From an uncultured Planctomycetaceae bacterium (GTDB taxonomy: Bacteria; Planctomycetota; Planctomycetia; Planctomycetales; Planctomycetaceae), in assembly GCA_937916515.1 (NCBI GenBank), contig CALFSX010000011.1, positions 5,109-69,108 on the forward strand: 64,000 bases of DNA, given 5' to 3'. Below the pieces are notes generated by a model. It did no database searches. It was not told the DNA's origin and was given only the letters and a program-made list of their open reading frames with translations. This document shows positions 51,326-61,403 of this stretch, piece after piece; position 1 is the stretch's first letter; every line of letters starts with the position of its first letter. The position numbers and the translations under genes were made by a program.

Positions 51326-51970
51326 TCAGAACTTTGGTGCCTTCAAAAACAGAACAAGTAAGCAAAAAACGCCCGGTGTTAAAGCCGACACGGCGTTTAG
51401 ATTTGAATCCAATAATTCAATCTGCCATCCCTGTTCGAGTGCTGAATTGTAGAATTGTCCAGCGTTTTGTCGGCCCGGGTCTCCAATGTAGCATTTTCCT
51501 TCGGGTGACAGAGTCCGCTTAATAAATTTCAAAAGTGGAAGATGTTGACCAGATTCGTACAGCAAGTCGCTGGCCAAAAGTACGTCAAACCGGTCGTCGG
51601 TTGGTTTTGACCAATCCAGCGTTTGGCCGTTTGCGTCTGGAAAACCGTTTTTTTGTGAGTTGTGCAGGGCCAGGTTCACTGCATCCGGCACAATGTCGCT
51701 GAAAGTCACCTGCAGGCCTGCCAGTAAGCCGGCGATTCCCACCAGTCCGCAGCCGCAACCCAGTTCCAGAGCCGATTTGCCGGGCGGCCAGTTGTGTCGT
51801 AACACACATTCTGCCGTGCGTTTGGCGGTGGGCCACAGAATGCTCCAATACGGATCATCAGCATTCGTGGCACAAGCTGAGTCTGTCAAAACTTGATCCG
51901 GGTCGGAAGGCAAGTCCAGTTGAAGGCGATGCCCGGCGATTTCGAGCGTTTGTGGTGTTAAAGGGTACAT
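51326..51970 (-). CDS. Class I SAM-dependent methyltransferase (Methyltransf_16 / protein-lysine MTase-like)
   Basis: Motif [17 protein letters not shown], then TFSD, then [11 protein letters not shown]. Confidence 0.65.
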   Translation of the reverse strand: MYPLTPQTLEIAGHRLQLDLPSDPDQVLTDSACATNADDPYWSILWPTAKRTAECVLRHNWPPGKSALELGCGCGLVGIAGLLAGLQVTFSDIVPDAVNLALHNSQKNGFPDANGQTLDWSKPTDDRFDVLLASDLLYESGQHLPLLKFIKRTLSPEGKCYIGDPGRQNAGQFYNSALEQGWQIELLDSNLNAVSALTPGVFCLLVLFLKAPKF

Positions 51971-52354
51971 CCAGGCAGATTAGCGGTCTGCAGCCTGCTG
52001 AGGAAGCCAGATGGGCTTTCTCCCTCGGTTCCAGGCACGCCCATAAATTCCAGTAGGCCTGCGTGCCGAGCAGCACAGGTCGCGTCTTGTCGCAACCGGT
52101 GTCCATACCACCGCACCTGTCACCAAAAATCCGTTCCAGCAAAAAGGCCCCACTTCCACAATCATTCCCGAGCACACACTTCGGTTCCTGAACCCTGTTT
52201 TTTTGCACTCAGCCCCCTTGTGGAGTGGAGCCTGTGGCAAGCAGGCTCTACATTGTCTGTTCGCCACCGAACCGTCGTCATCATCCCGGGGTCTGAGCTG
52301 CACACTTTGTTTTGCATACCAGTTTCCGCAGTTCAGAATCGTCCTGTTTTCGCA

Positions 52355-53194
52355 ATGCTTGAAAACCTTCCCTTAAATTCCGTTAAGCACAAAGCTCTAA
52401 CCATCGAAGGCTATTCTCGAGCAGCCGTGCAGAGCTATTGGCGTATTCCGGAACTGAAGCTTGGCTTCGAACTTGGCGGCAGCCCGTGGAGCTTCATGGG
52501 GACTCAGACGTTTTTCGTTTCGCACGCTCACCTTGATCATCTGGCCGCGTTGCCAGTTTACGTTGCTCGCCGACGAATGATGAAGATGGAGCCACCCACG
52601 ATTTACCTTCCGGAAGAAGTGATCGAAAACGTCGAAAAGCTGTTGCGAGCATGGCAGCGGCTGGATCGAGGTCGCATGGTGTGCGAACTTGTGCCCGTCA
52701 AAGATGGCGACATGATTGAACTGTCAAGAGAACACAAAGTGCGAGTCTACGCGACAAAGCACACAGTGCCTTCCGTCGGCTATATCGTGTACGACTGCCG
52801 CAAGAAACTGAAACCCGAACTGGTGGGACTATCCGGCACCGAAATTCGCGACCTGCGAATGAACGGCACTGAGGTGACTCAGGAAACTCTGACGCCACTT
52901 GTGAGCTTCACAGGAGACACCGCGCCCGCGGGTTTAGACAATCACCCGGACGTCATGAAAGCTCAGGTGCTGATTACAGAAATGACTTTCTTTCATCCGG
53001 ACCACCGGAAGGAAAAGATTCATAAGTTCGGTCATATGCACCTGGACGACATCCTTGCACGAGCTGACAAGTTCGAAAATGAATTGATCATACTTAGTCA
53101 TCTAAGCACACGAACTCACGAAAGCCAGGCGCTGCACGCCATCAGAACTCGCGTTCCGGAATCACTGCAACAACGCATCCGATTGTGGTGCTGA
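52355..53194 (+). CDS. MBL-fold metallo-hydrolase (RNase Z/ELAC-like)
   Basis: HxHxDH motif in [15 protein letters not shown], with later His/Asp ligand candidates ([22 protein letters not shown]). ATG at 52355. Confidence 0.6.
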   Translation: MLENLPLNSVKHKALTIEGYSRAAVQSYWRIPELKLGFELGGSPWSFMGTQTFFVSHAHLDHLAALPVYVARRRMMKMEPPTIYLPEEVIENVEKLLRAWQRLDRGRMVCELVPVKDGDMIELSREHKVRVYATKHTVPSVGYIVYDCRKKLKPELVGLSGTEIRDLRMNGTEVTQETLTPLVSFTGDTAPAGLDNHPDVMKAQVLITEMTFFHPDHRKEKIHKFGHMHLDDILARADKFENELIILSHLSTRTHESQALHAIRTRVPESLQQRIRLWC

Positions 53195-53229
53195 GCGACT
53201 GTCAGGGCCATCCATTTAATCAGCACCAT

Positions 53230-53383
53230 GCGAGCGGCAGGGCGTCAGCCCTCCGAGTGCCATCGTGGTGTCAGGTTTTCGTTAAGACGTTTGTTGTGTG
53301 CGCTGATCACATGGTCCATGCTCTGTTTGAGAATACTGAAACGGGTGCTGTCACACTCGGAGGGCTGACGCCCTACCGCTCGC
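53230..53383. repeat. MITE-like element: 30-bp terminal inverted repeats flanking a 94-bp core
   Basis: GCGAGCGGCAGGGCGTCAGCCCTCCGAGTG (53230-53259) against CACTCGGAGGGCTGACGCCCTACCGCTCGC (53354-53383), complementary at 29 of 30 positions. Each arm contains its own GGGC-GTCA-GCCC hairpin. Confidence 0.7.
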
Positions 53384-53548
53384 CTCGGCGATTGCAGGCA
53401 ACCTGCGCTACGCAGTATTCTTTGAACCAAAACATTCGCCGGTGGAAATTCTACCGAAAACCACTAATCTAACTGCCGAAAGTCGCCGTCCCGTTTCTGC
53501 GACACCTTGTCAGACAACAATCACCATGTTACGCGACCTCAGTGAATC

Positions 53549-54091
53549 ATGAATTCGAGCCGTCTTGTGATTCAACTGCTGCACTCTCGCTGGACCAAAG
53601 CGTCCCGTGGTGGTGACGGTGCTGTGACGCGTGCCGAACTCCCGCTTGCGTCACATCTACCACTCGAATCGTTCGCCGCACCAATCACGCTTCATACCGT
53701 TCGGTTCTGGGAACGCGACGATTTCGTTCCCTCTGACGGTGTCACACGTTTTGACACAATTGCGGAACTGCCGCTTCGTGATCTCACGATCCGCCCCGCG
53801 TCAGATGGCGTTTCCGTTGTCCACATCCGCGACCAGTTGAATGCGGCAATCGCTGACCGCCTCTATACCGACGAATTTGGCAATACCGTTTACGGCATCG
53901 ACGCATTCTCACTGTCCGACGGTGAATGGGGCCAAATCCAATACAACGGTCGATACACTTGCATTGATTCTGGGCGCTGGTGGTACGAACAATCGGTCTA
54001 TAACATTGGTCTTTTCACCGACATCGACGTCAAACGGTTCACCGCCACCGACCCAATCGACAGATTCGTAGAACTGGCGACTCTTCACTAA
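53549..54091 (+). CDS. Hypothetical protein (180 aa), no recognisable domain
   Basis: Clean ORF with coding-like composition and no competing ORF of comparable length. No motif recognised. Confidence 0.45.
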   Translation: MNSSRLVIQLLHSRWTKASRGGDGAVTRAELPLASHLPLESFAAPITLHTVRFWERDDFVPSDGVTRFDTIAELPLRDLTIRPASDGVSVVHIRDQLNAAIADRLYTDEFGNTVYGIDAFSLSDGEWGQIQYNGRYTCIDSGRWWYEQSVYNIGLFTDIDVKRFTATDPIDRFVELATLH

Positions 54092-54251
54092 TCGCGACGG
54101 TCGCGTAACATGGTTTTGCGCAAGGGCCCTTCGGGCACACCTTCCGCGTTTGGCCGCGCGGGCTGGCCTTGGTACAATTTCTCGTAGTTCAGACATCGCT
54201 CGCTTCGTTCTGGGCGGTGTCGTAAAAACCTTCCGTTATGTGACCTAGCCA

Positions 54252-54851
54252 ATGGTTGATTCCGACCTTCGCGCTTCGCTGTCGCAGGACGTTCGTCGGC
54301 TCGTCACGGGTCGCATGACGAACGATGACTTCGACGACGCGTACTATGAGCATTACGACTCGTCGGACGATCGCGCAGTCCGCGAAATCGCCGGATTTTG
54401 CTACTCGCTATACTCGTCTGACTTGCTTTTCCCGATGCGGTTGCGTGGTCGTCACGCACTTGACGCCGATACAAAATGCACCTGCACGCGCGCTGTGCTT
54501 TTCCTTCGATCAGGCCTTGAATACGAATGGCCAGCTTTCCCGGATGAGCCCGGATTGCGAATGTTCTCTGGCTTGGCATTCTTGGGCATTCCGGCCGGTA
54601 TCGCGTTTTTACTCGTTGGAACGCCACTGACATTGTCTGGCGATATGCAATTCGGTGCACCGCTCTTTGTTGGCGGTCTGCTAACCTTGGTTGGTTCGAT
54701 TTGGTTTTGGCGATCATGGCCCAAAATGCTTGAACCTCAATGGAAATCGTTCCGTGATTCTGGCGACTACGATGTCTGGCCATTCCTTCGTCAATCCGAC
54801 TTCGATCATGCCAAAGGAACCTGCCACCTGTTGGGGCGGACGGTCACATAA
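54252..54851 (+). CDS. Hypothetical membrane protein (199 aa, two adjacent TM segments)
   Basis: The soluble N-terminal half is acidic (DDFDDAYYEHYDSSDD). Hydrophobic segments FSGLAFLGIPAGIAFLLVGTP and APLFVGGLLTLVGSIWFW follow. Confidence 0.5.
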   Translation: MVDSDLRASLSQDVRRLVTGRMTNDDFDDAYYEHYDSSDDRAVREIAGFCYSLYSSDLLFPMRLRGRHALDADTKCTCTRAVLFLRSGLEYEWPAFPDEPGLRMFSGLAFLGIPAGIAFLLVGTPLTLSGDMQFGAPLFVGGLLTLVGSIWFWRSWPKMLEPQWKSFRDSGDYDVWPFLRQSDFDHAKGTCHLLGRTVT

Positions 54852-54992
54852 CAATTTAGAATTTGATGTCCGCGAGGTACGATTCGGACTTCAAATCTTT
54901 GTTCAAGACAGATGCGGAGTGGCGGCGGTACCGCGTTTGTTTGATTCGCATCCACGGGCAAGAACTGTCGTCGTCACGCGGCAGTGGTCAAA

Positions 54993-56033
54993 TTACTTGT
55001 TGGGAAATGGTCTGAGGCCCAGCAGCATTTCAGCTCTTTCGGTCAGCGGTTTTGCGGCGAGTTCCTGATCCGTGTACTCAGCGAGATTGTCGGCGACCAA
55101 AGCGTAAACCGCCTGGCGATTTTGGCTGGTGTCGATCTCCACGCATTTGTTCCTGGTCTTGAATAGTTCGACCGTCGGCAGAGTTTCCGCTTTAAATGTA
55201 TCAAATCTAAGCTTCACGCTTTCCACGTTGTCGTCGCTTCGACCCGTATATTTTGCTCGACCCAGAATGCGTTTTTCCAGAACAGCATATGGGCATTCGA
55301 AATACAACATTTTCGGCAGTTCAGTGGCCGTATCAAAGGTCGCGTACCAGGCGTCGAGGTTGGATAGGGAGCGAGGGAATCCATCAATCAGAAAATTGTT
55401 CTTTCCGGTTGTTCTGGTGACTTTTTCCATCGTGCTTTTCAACAACGATACAACAATGTCGTTGGGGACCAGTTTTCCGGCGGCCAGACATTCTTCAATG
55501 ACAGCGGCTGTTGGGCCACCAGCTTCTCGTTCTTTGCGAAGCAGGTCGCCTGCAGATAAATGAGTCCATCCAAGCTGCGATTCGGCAAGTTCGCACATGG
55601 TTCCTTTGCCGCTGCCTGGACCACCGATAACGAATACAACATTGGGGGCGGGGCATGGCAGTCTGGGGTCGAAATAATGCAGCTGTACCTTGGGAGCCGG
55701 TGCCACACCTTTCTTATAGACGTGCCATTCTGTGTCTGTGGGCGGCAGTTCGTCGTCGCACGTGTTGTCATAAGCCAGGTGGCCGTCCAGCCGGCAGATT
55801 CTCCACGATTTGTAGCTGTTGGAGTACGAAAGAGCGGGACTGCGGGCCGACTTTCCATCGGCGCGATCCCAGGCCATTTTCCCGTTCCAGTAACCCGCAG
55901 TCGAAACGGTTCCCGATTCGGATTCCGCCGGTGGTGCGGTTGAAGGAACGAACAGCCCATCCACCTCTGGCAGGCCAGCTCCTGATACCTGAATGAAAAG
56001 TGTGTTGGGTTTGAGTTCGTTTGGTTCAACCAT
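54993..56033 (-). CDS. Eukaryote-type UMP-CMP kinase / short-LID adenylate kinase family domain fused to an uncharacterised roughly 135-aa N-terminal domain
   Basis: The C-terminal roughly 200 aa are collinear with yeast Ura6 / human CMPK1 as I recall them: VVFVIGGPGSGKGT, THLSAGDLLRKE, NFLIDGFPRS, and the short LID TGRSDDNVESVKLRFDTFKAETLPTVELF. The N-terminal part (YWNGKMAWDRADG...WRICRLDGHLAYDN) is unassigned. Confidence 0.8.
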   Translation of the reverse strand: MVEPNELKPNTLFIQVSGAGLPEVDGLFVPSTAPPAESESGTVSTAGYWNGKMAWDRADGKSARSPALSYSNSYKSWRICRLDGHLAYDNTCDDELPPTDTEWHVYKKGVAPAPKVQLHYFDPRLPCPAPNVVFVIGGPGSGKGTMCELAESQLGWTHLSAGDLLRKEREAGGPTAAVIEECLAAGKLVPNDIVVSLLKSTMEKVTRTTGKNNFLIDGFPRSLSNLDAWYATFDTATELPKMLYFECPYAVLEKRILGRAKYTGRSDDNVESVKLRFDTFKAETLPTVELFKTRNKCVEIDTSQNRQAVYALVADNLAEYTDQELAAKPLTERAEMLLGLRPFPNK

Positions 56034-56406
56034 GATCTTTTCCCGATTGGACCGCAGAGTCCTGTTAAGAGTTTGTGCCTACGGAGCAAATGATTTCCAC
56101 TTAGCTTCTGGCGCGGCAATGGTTCAGTTAACCTGACGTCCTGCGTGCAATGACTAATCGATCAGAAGTGTAGCTTTGTTTGAGGTGAACTGGAAATTCG
56201 GCCAAAAGCAAAACAACATGCATCGCTTTGATGAAGCAATTCCGCTCTGTTTTGCAAAACACTACTTCGTCGCGCGAAAAGACTCATCGCTGGTGAGATC
56301 CCGTCAGCATCACTTGAGCTTCTGCGCGATCTTTGTCATCGTGGCCATTATGTGGATTCACAAATTGCCTGCAGCTGTTTGGTTTGAACAAATAAAGGGA
56401 TCGGCT

Positions 56407-57492
56407 ATGAGAAAATTATTGGATTATGTTGTATTGGCGGTGGTCTGTTGTGCGAGTGCAAACGCTGCTGATCAATGGGGTTTGGAACGAGGAACTCCGG
56501 ATATGAAGTCGGCAGGTTCGCTGACCTTTGGTCCGGAAGACGTTTTGTTTGTTGGTGATACGAAGTCTGCAGCGGTATTCGCCATTGCGACAGGCGACAC
56601 AACAGGCGATCCATCGAAGTCCAACATCAATGTGGAAGATGTTGTCGACAAAATTGGCAGCTTGGTGGGCGGCAACGCGACCATCAACGACATTGCCGTT
56701 AGCCCAGCCACTGGCAACGTGTTTGTGTCCGCCACGGCCAACGACAAACCAGCTTTGCTGAAGATTGATGGCGCCGGCAAAATCACTCAATTGTCAATGA
56801 CAGACGTGCTGTTTGCCAAGGCGAATCTGGCGGGAGCTCCCGAAGATAAAGTTACGGGCGAAGGTCGTCGTGCGAAAAACAATCGCAAGGATGCCATTAC
56901 AGACCTGGCTTTCTTTGAAGGCAAGCTGCTGATTTCCGGGCTACGAAATGCTTCAACGGCGTCCAGCGTTCGTGAACTTAGTTTTCCGTTTGCGACGGCT
57001 GACCAGGGTGTTGGCGTGCAGATTTATCACGCAGCTCACGGCAAAGAAGAAGACTATGCTGCCATGAGAACTTTTGTTCCGCTGATGATTGATGGCGAAC
57101 CAAACCTGTTGGCGGCTTATGTCTGCACTCCTCTGGTGAAGATTCCTATGAAAGAACTGGAATCAGCTGCGGACCGCATCAAAGGCACAACAGTGGCTGA
57201 ACTGGGAAATCGCAACCAGCCATTGGATATGTTCAGCTATACCAAAGACGGTGGCAATTATCTGCTGCTTAGCAACAGTGCTCGCGGCGTGATGAAGATT
57301 ACAACATCAGGGCTAAGTGACAACAAAGGCCTGACCGAACCCGTTCGCGGAGGCGGTGCTGCTGGTCAGTCTTACGACACGGTTGAAACAATGACCGGCG
57401 TCATTCAGATGGACAAGCTGAATGACACTCACGCCGTGCTGCTGGTCGAAAAAGACGGCCACCAAAACCTGCGAACGGTCGCTCTGCCGTAA
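56407..57492 (+). CDS. Secreted hypothetical protein (about 360 aa, beta-rich)
   Basis: ATG at 56407 gives the signal peptide MRKLLDYVVLAVVCCASANA. No motif recognised. The upstream part of the track ORF lacks coding features. Confidence 0.6.
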   Translation: MRKLLDYVVLAVVCCASANAADQWGLERGTPDMKSAGSLTFGPEDVLFVGDTKSAAVFAIATGDTTGDPSKSNINVEDVVDKIGSLVGGNATINDIAVSPATGNVFVSATANDKPALLKIDGAGKITQLSMTDVLFAKANLAGAPEDKVTGEGRRAKNNRKDAITDLAFFEGKLLISGLRNASTASSVRELSFPFATADQGVGVQIYHAAHGKEEDYAAMRTFVPLMIDGEPNLLAAYVCTPLVKIPMKELESAADRIKGTTVAELGNRNQPLDMFSYTKDGGNYLLLSNSARGVMKITTSGLSDNKGLTEPVRGGGAAGQSYDTVETMTGVIQMDKLNDTHAVLLVEKDGHQNLRTVALP

Positions 57493-57540
57493 CGCGGTTT
57501 GGCAATCAAGGCAATTTCAACTGATCAATGGCGCAAGAAA

Positions 57541-57569
57541 AAGCCCAGCCTTAATAAAAGGCTGGGCTT
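57541..57569. terminator. Bidirectional rho-independent terminator between convergent genes
   Basis: AAGCCCAGCCTT (57541-57552), loop AATAAA, AGGCTGGGCTT (57559-57569). It is followed by CGTTTCGTTT on the plus strand and TTTTTCTTG on the minus strand. Confidence 0.75.
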
Positions 57570-57630
57570 CGTTTCGTTTATGCATTCACGGTTTGATTGT
57601 GAAATCTTGTTTTGGAGCCGCTTGAAACGC

Positions 57631-58890
57631 TTAGTCCTTGACGTGTGTTTCAAGGAATCGAGCCAGTTTGTGGAAGTCGCCGCCTGGTGGGATAAAGCGA
57701 ACGACGGTGACCAGGGTTTTGGGGTCAACCAACTTTTCAAACGGCACGTAGTGCAGATCCAGTTGTCCGGTCACCGACACCATCACGCCATTCAGCTGTT
57801 GTTCGCAGAGTGCTCGGTACGCTCCGACGCCCAACTGGCTGCCCAGCATGACATCGAATGCCTGAGGACGTGCACAACGTGATTCGTATCCCAGTTGCAG
57901 GCCGGTCACTTTGCGTTTGCTGCCTGTTTGCTTTTCGAATTCCGCGGCGACTCGCTTGGCGAACATTTTTCCAAGGTCAACCTGAGACACAGAAATATGT
58001 CCGTGGTCGTCGCGAGGAATGTCTTTCAAAACATCATCTGAAAGGTATTCCGCCAAACCTTCTGCCAAAACAACAACGCCGTATTCCTTGCCCTGTGATT
58101 CCTGTCGATATCGCATCATGCGGACAATGTCTTTGACGACTTTGTCGATGTTCATGATCTTGCGAGTCGGCGTTGATTCCGGAGCTAATCGATCGCCGGA
58201 AATGTCTTCAACGCTGATCACCATATTGGCTTCACCGGAAATTGCCGCACCATAGGCCAACCAGCCCGCACTGCGTCCCATGCTTTCAACCATAAAGTAA
58301 GCTCGACCAGCTTCTGCGTCGGCGTGCAGGTTGCGAATTTCTGTTCCCAGAGTCTCCACGGCCGTGAAGTAACCGAAGGTAAAGTCAATTCCGGCGTAGT
58401 CGTTGTCGATGGTCTTGGGAACGTGAACGACAGGAATTTTGTGACTACCTTCAGGCAGGCTATCCTGAAACAGTTTAAATTTGTTGGCCGTTTTTAGTGT
58501 GTCGTCGCCACCGATTGAAACCAGTGCGTCCACGCCAATTGATCGCAGTGCTTCGTAGGTGCGACGCAGAGGAGCAATTCGTTCTTCTTCCTGCATGTGT
58601 TCCGGAGCACTCACATGCTTGCCTGGATTTGCTCGAGCGGTACCAATGATGATACCTTCTTTGCTGCGAGTCTTTCGCAGCATTTGTTCCTTCAGCGCGA
58701 TGTAATGCTTGCCTTCTTCCAGTGGCTTGTCTGGCGTGAAGTCAATCAGGTTGGAATAGCCGTACTTAATTCCGACCACTTCAACGCCGTGGTTCAGGCA
58801 GGAAATCGCACAAGTGGAAATAACCGAGTTGGCTCCTGGAGCCGGGCCGCCGGAAAACAGAAGAGCAACTTTTTTGATACCGTGAGACAT
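57631..58890 (-). CDS. 6-phosphofructokinase, predicted pyrophosphate-dependent
   Basis: PFK family: LFSGGPAPGANSVI. GGDD in SIGGDDTLKTA and PKTIDND carry the Asp and Lys residues that distinguish PPi-PFKs from ATP-PFKs, which have GGDG and PGTIDND. ATG at 58890. Confidence 0.85.
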   Translation of the reverse strand: MSHGIKKVALLFSGGPAPGANSVISTCAISCLNHGVEVVGIKYGYSNLIDFTPDKPLEEGKHYIALKEQMLRKTRSKEGIIIGTARANPGKHVSAPEHMQEEERIAPLRRTYEALRSIGVDALVSIGGDDTLKTANKFKLFQDSLPEGSHKIPVVHVPKTIDNDYAGIDFTFGYFTAVETLGTEIRNLHADAEAGRAYFMVESMGRSAGWLAYGAAISGEANMVISVEDISGDRLAPESTPTRKIMNIDKVVKDIVRMMRYRQESQGKEYGVVVLAEGLAEYLSDDVLKDIPRDDHGHISVSQVDLGKMFAKRVAAEFEKQTGSKRKVTGLQLGYESRCARPQAFDVMLGSQLGVGAYRALCEQQLNGVMVSVTGQLDLHYVPFEKLVDPKTLVTVVRFIPPGGDFHKLARFLETHVKD

Positions 58891-59097
58891 ATGCTTGGCT
58901 TCCACTAATTGAGTTGGATTTACGATTTAATTTTGCAGCGTACGCAGGGTAGTTGCGATCTGCTGCAGAGTCTCTGATCCACCGGCAAGCTTGCGATCTG
59001 TGCGTAATGCCTGTTGCTGCCGAGCCTAACTTTGGCTCAAAGGTAAATCAGAAATACGAGCTTCCGGAGTTTCCGACACGTTAATTGACTTTTTGCG

Positions 59098-60435
59098 TTA
59101 CCAGGTGCGTTCAACAAATGTCGTGTCCACAGTGCCTTCCACGAAGTCGGCATTGTTGAACATTTTCTTTGCCAGTGGCAGAGTTGTCTTAACGCCTTCG
59201 ACGGTAAATTCTCGCAGGCAGCGTTTCATGCACGCGATGGATTCTTCGCGAGTCGGACGGTGAACAATCAGCTTGCCGATCATGGAATCGTAATACGGGC
59301 TGATTGTATAGCCTTCGTGTACGTGAGAATCGAATCGCACACCCAGTCCGCCCGGCAATCGAAGTTTTGTGATCTTGCCTGGACTGCCGCGGAATTCGTT
59401 ATCAGGGTCTTCAGCGTTGACTCGCAGTTCAATGGCTGAACCATTGCACGGAATCTGGTCCTGCGTGAACGGCAGCGGCAGACCGGCGGCAATGAGAATC
59501 TGCTGTTTGATCAGGTCGATACCGGTGACCATTTCGGTGACCGGGTGTTCAACCTGAATTCGAGCATTCACTTCGATAAAGTAGAAGTTGAAGTTTTTAT
59601 CAACGATGAATTCGACCGTGCCTGCGTTCTGATATCCAGCCTGCTTGATCAGCTGAACGGCAGAATTACAGATGTTCTCTCGAACTTCGGGCGGCAGGTT
59701 TTTGGCCGGGCTTTCTTCGATCAGTTTCTGATGCTTACGTTGCATCGAACAATCGCGTTCCCACAAGTGCACAGCGTTACCGTGGGAGTCAGCCAGAATC
59801 TGAACTTCAATATGCCGGGGGCGTTCGATGAACTTTTCCAGGTACACGCCAGCGTTGTTAAACGCCGCTTCTGCTTCGGCTGACGCTGCTTTCAGGCCGG
59901 CCTTCAAAGATACATCGTTACCAGCGACTCGCATACCTTTGCCGCCGCCGCCCGCTGTGGCCTTGATCAAAACCGGATAGCCGATTTCGTTGGCGACTCG
60001 AACCGCCTCGCTTACATCGGTAACCAGCCCATTGCTGCCCGGCACACAGGGAACTCCGGCCGCCATCGCGATTGCTCGGGCGCTGACTTTGTCGCCCAGT
60101 TCAGACATCGCCTGATGAGGCGGGCCGATGAATTCAATTTTGCATTCACGACACACTTTGGCGAAGTGAGCGTTTTCGGCCAGAAAACCATAGCCTGGAT
60201 GAACGGCCTGGACATTGCCGATTTCTGCAACACTGATCAGTCGATTGATCAGCAGATAGCTGTCCGAAGCGGCTGCCGGTCCGATGCAATAAGCTTCGTT
60301 GGCGAGTTCAAGATAATGAGCGCCACGATCGGCTTCGCTAAACACGGCAACGGACTCGATGCCAAGTTCACGACAGGCGCGAATAATTCGCAGAGCAATC
60401 TCGCCACGGTTGGCGACCAAAATGCGTTGGAACAT
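59098..60435 (-). CDS. accC: Acetyl-CoA carboxylase, biotin carboxylase subunit
   Basis: [53 protein letters not shown]. Confidence 0.96.
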   Translation of the reverse strand: MFQRILVANRGEIALRIIRACRELGIESVAVFSEADRGAHYLELANEAYCIGPAAASDSYLLINRLISVAEIGNVQAVHPGYGFLAENAHFAKVCRECKIEFIGPPHQAMSELGDKVSARAIAMAAGVPCVPGSNGLVTDVSEAVRVANEIGYPVLIKATAGGGGKGMRVAGNDVSLKAGLKAASAEAEAAFNNAGVYLEKFIERPRHIEVQILADSHGNAVHLWERDCSMQRKHQKLIEESPAKNLPPEVRENICNSAVQLIKQAGYQNAGTVEFIVDKNFNFYFIEVNARIQVEHPVTEMVTGIDLIKQQILIAAGLPLPFTQDQIPCNGSAIELRVNAEDPDNEFRGSPGKITKLRLPGGLGVRFDSHVHEGYTISPYYDSMIGKLIVHRPTREESIACMKRCLREFTVEGVKTTLPLAKKMFNNADFVEGTVDTTFVERTW

Positions 60436-60581
60436 GAATGAAGTCTTCCGTCGGAAAACGAGCGTTAAGAACTTTTTCTTCGCCGAACAGGCTGAAGCAG
60501 AACGCTTACACTCTGGTCAAGCGTCCGCTCAGTATTTGCAGATGACGGGCGCACCGTGCGATCATCATCGTAAGTCAGGCC

Positions 60582-61076
60582 TTAAGCTGGTTCGATGCGA
60601 AACAGCGGTTGACCGAATTCTACGGCGTCACCGTTCTCAACAAGCATTTCCACGATCCGTCCGGATTTTTCCGCAGGGATGTTATTAAATACCTTCATCG
60701 CTTCGATGATGCAGACAATGGTGTCTGGCTGAACAACTGTTCCGACGGGAGCAAACGCTGGATCTTCCGGTGTTGGCGACGAATAGAACGTGCCCACAGT
60801 CGGCGAATCAATTGTCATTCCCTTGGGAATCGGTGCGGCGGCAACGTCGGCGGTCGGTGCTGCAGTGGCTGCAACAGGAGCAACGCTGGCAACCGGCTGA
60901 GGCGCGTAAGTCATTTCTGGAGACATCGCTACGTGCTTTGGTCCCCGGCGAACCTTCCAGGACTCGCCCGCTTTTTGCAGGTTGGCTTCTGTGACGCCGT
61001 ACTTTTCCATTAGCTGAAGAAGCTTGCGGAATCGCTCCAAATCGAAAGTGCCTTCGCCTTCTGAAGGTTTTGCCAT
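60582..61076 (-). CDS. accB: Acetyl-CoA carboxylase, biotin carboxyl carrier protein
   Basis: Ala/Pro-rich linker, then a biotinyl domain with the EAMK motif ([15 protein letters not shown]). It lies upstream of accC in the same orientation. Confidence 0.9.
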   Translation of the reverse strand: MAKPSEGEGTFDLERFRKLLQLMEKYGVTEANLQKAGESWKVRRGPKHVAMSPEMTYAPQPVASVAPVAATAAPTADVAAAPIPKGMTIDSPTVGTFYSSPTPEDPAFAPVGTVVQPDTIVCIIEAMKVFNNIPAEKSGRIVEMLVENGDAVEFGQPLFRIEPA

Positions 61077-61403
61077 GTCGTTATCCCCGGTCGAGCTGTT
61101 TCGGCTCGCAAATATTATCTATCGGTGAAATTGGGCCGACTTCAAGGTCGGCAGAATTCGTCGTTGAAGCCATTTACATTGAGGCACGATGTTCAGTCCG
61201 TGCCCGTTCTATCACGCATCCTAACCCAAAGTGTCTGTAAGGAAATGACTTGAGCGTCAATTCCTGACTCCCGCGTTGGGGCAAAGAAGTCGCACAAACA
61301 GCAGACAGCAAACGCTTAAGGGAAAGGATCAATCTATGAACGGCCGACTTCTCGAAACTTCGCAGCCGCTCTAAAGTCGCACACTTTCACGAGAAATCAG
61401 CGT

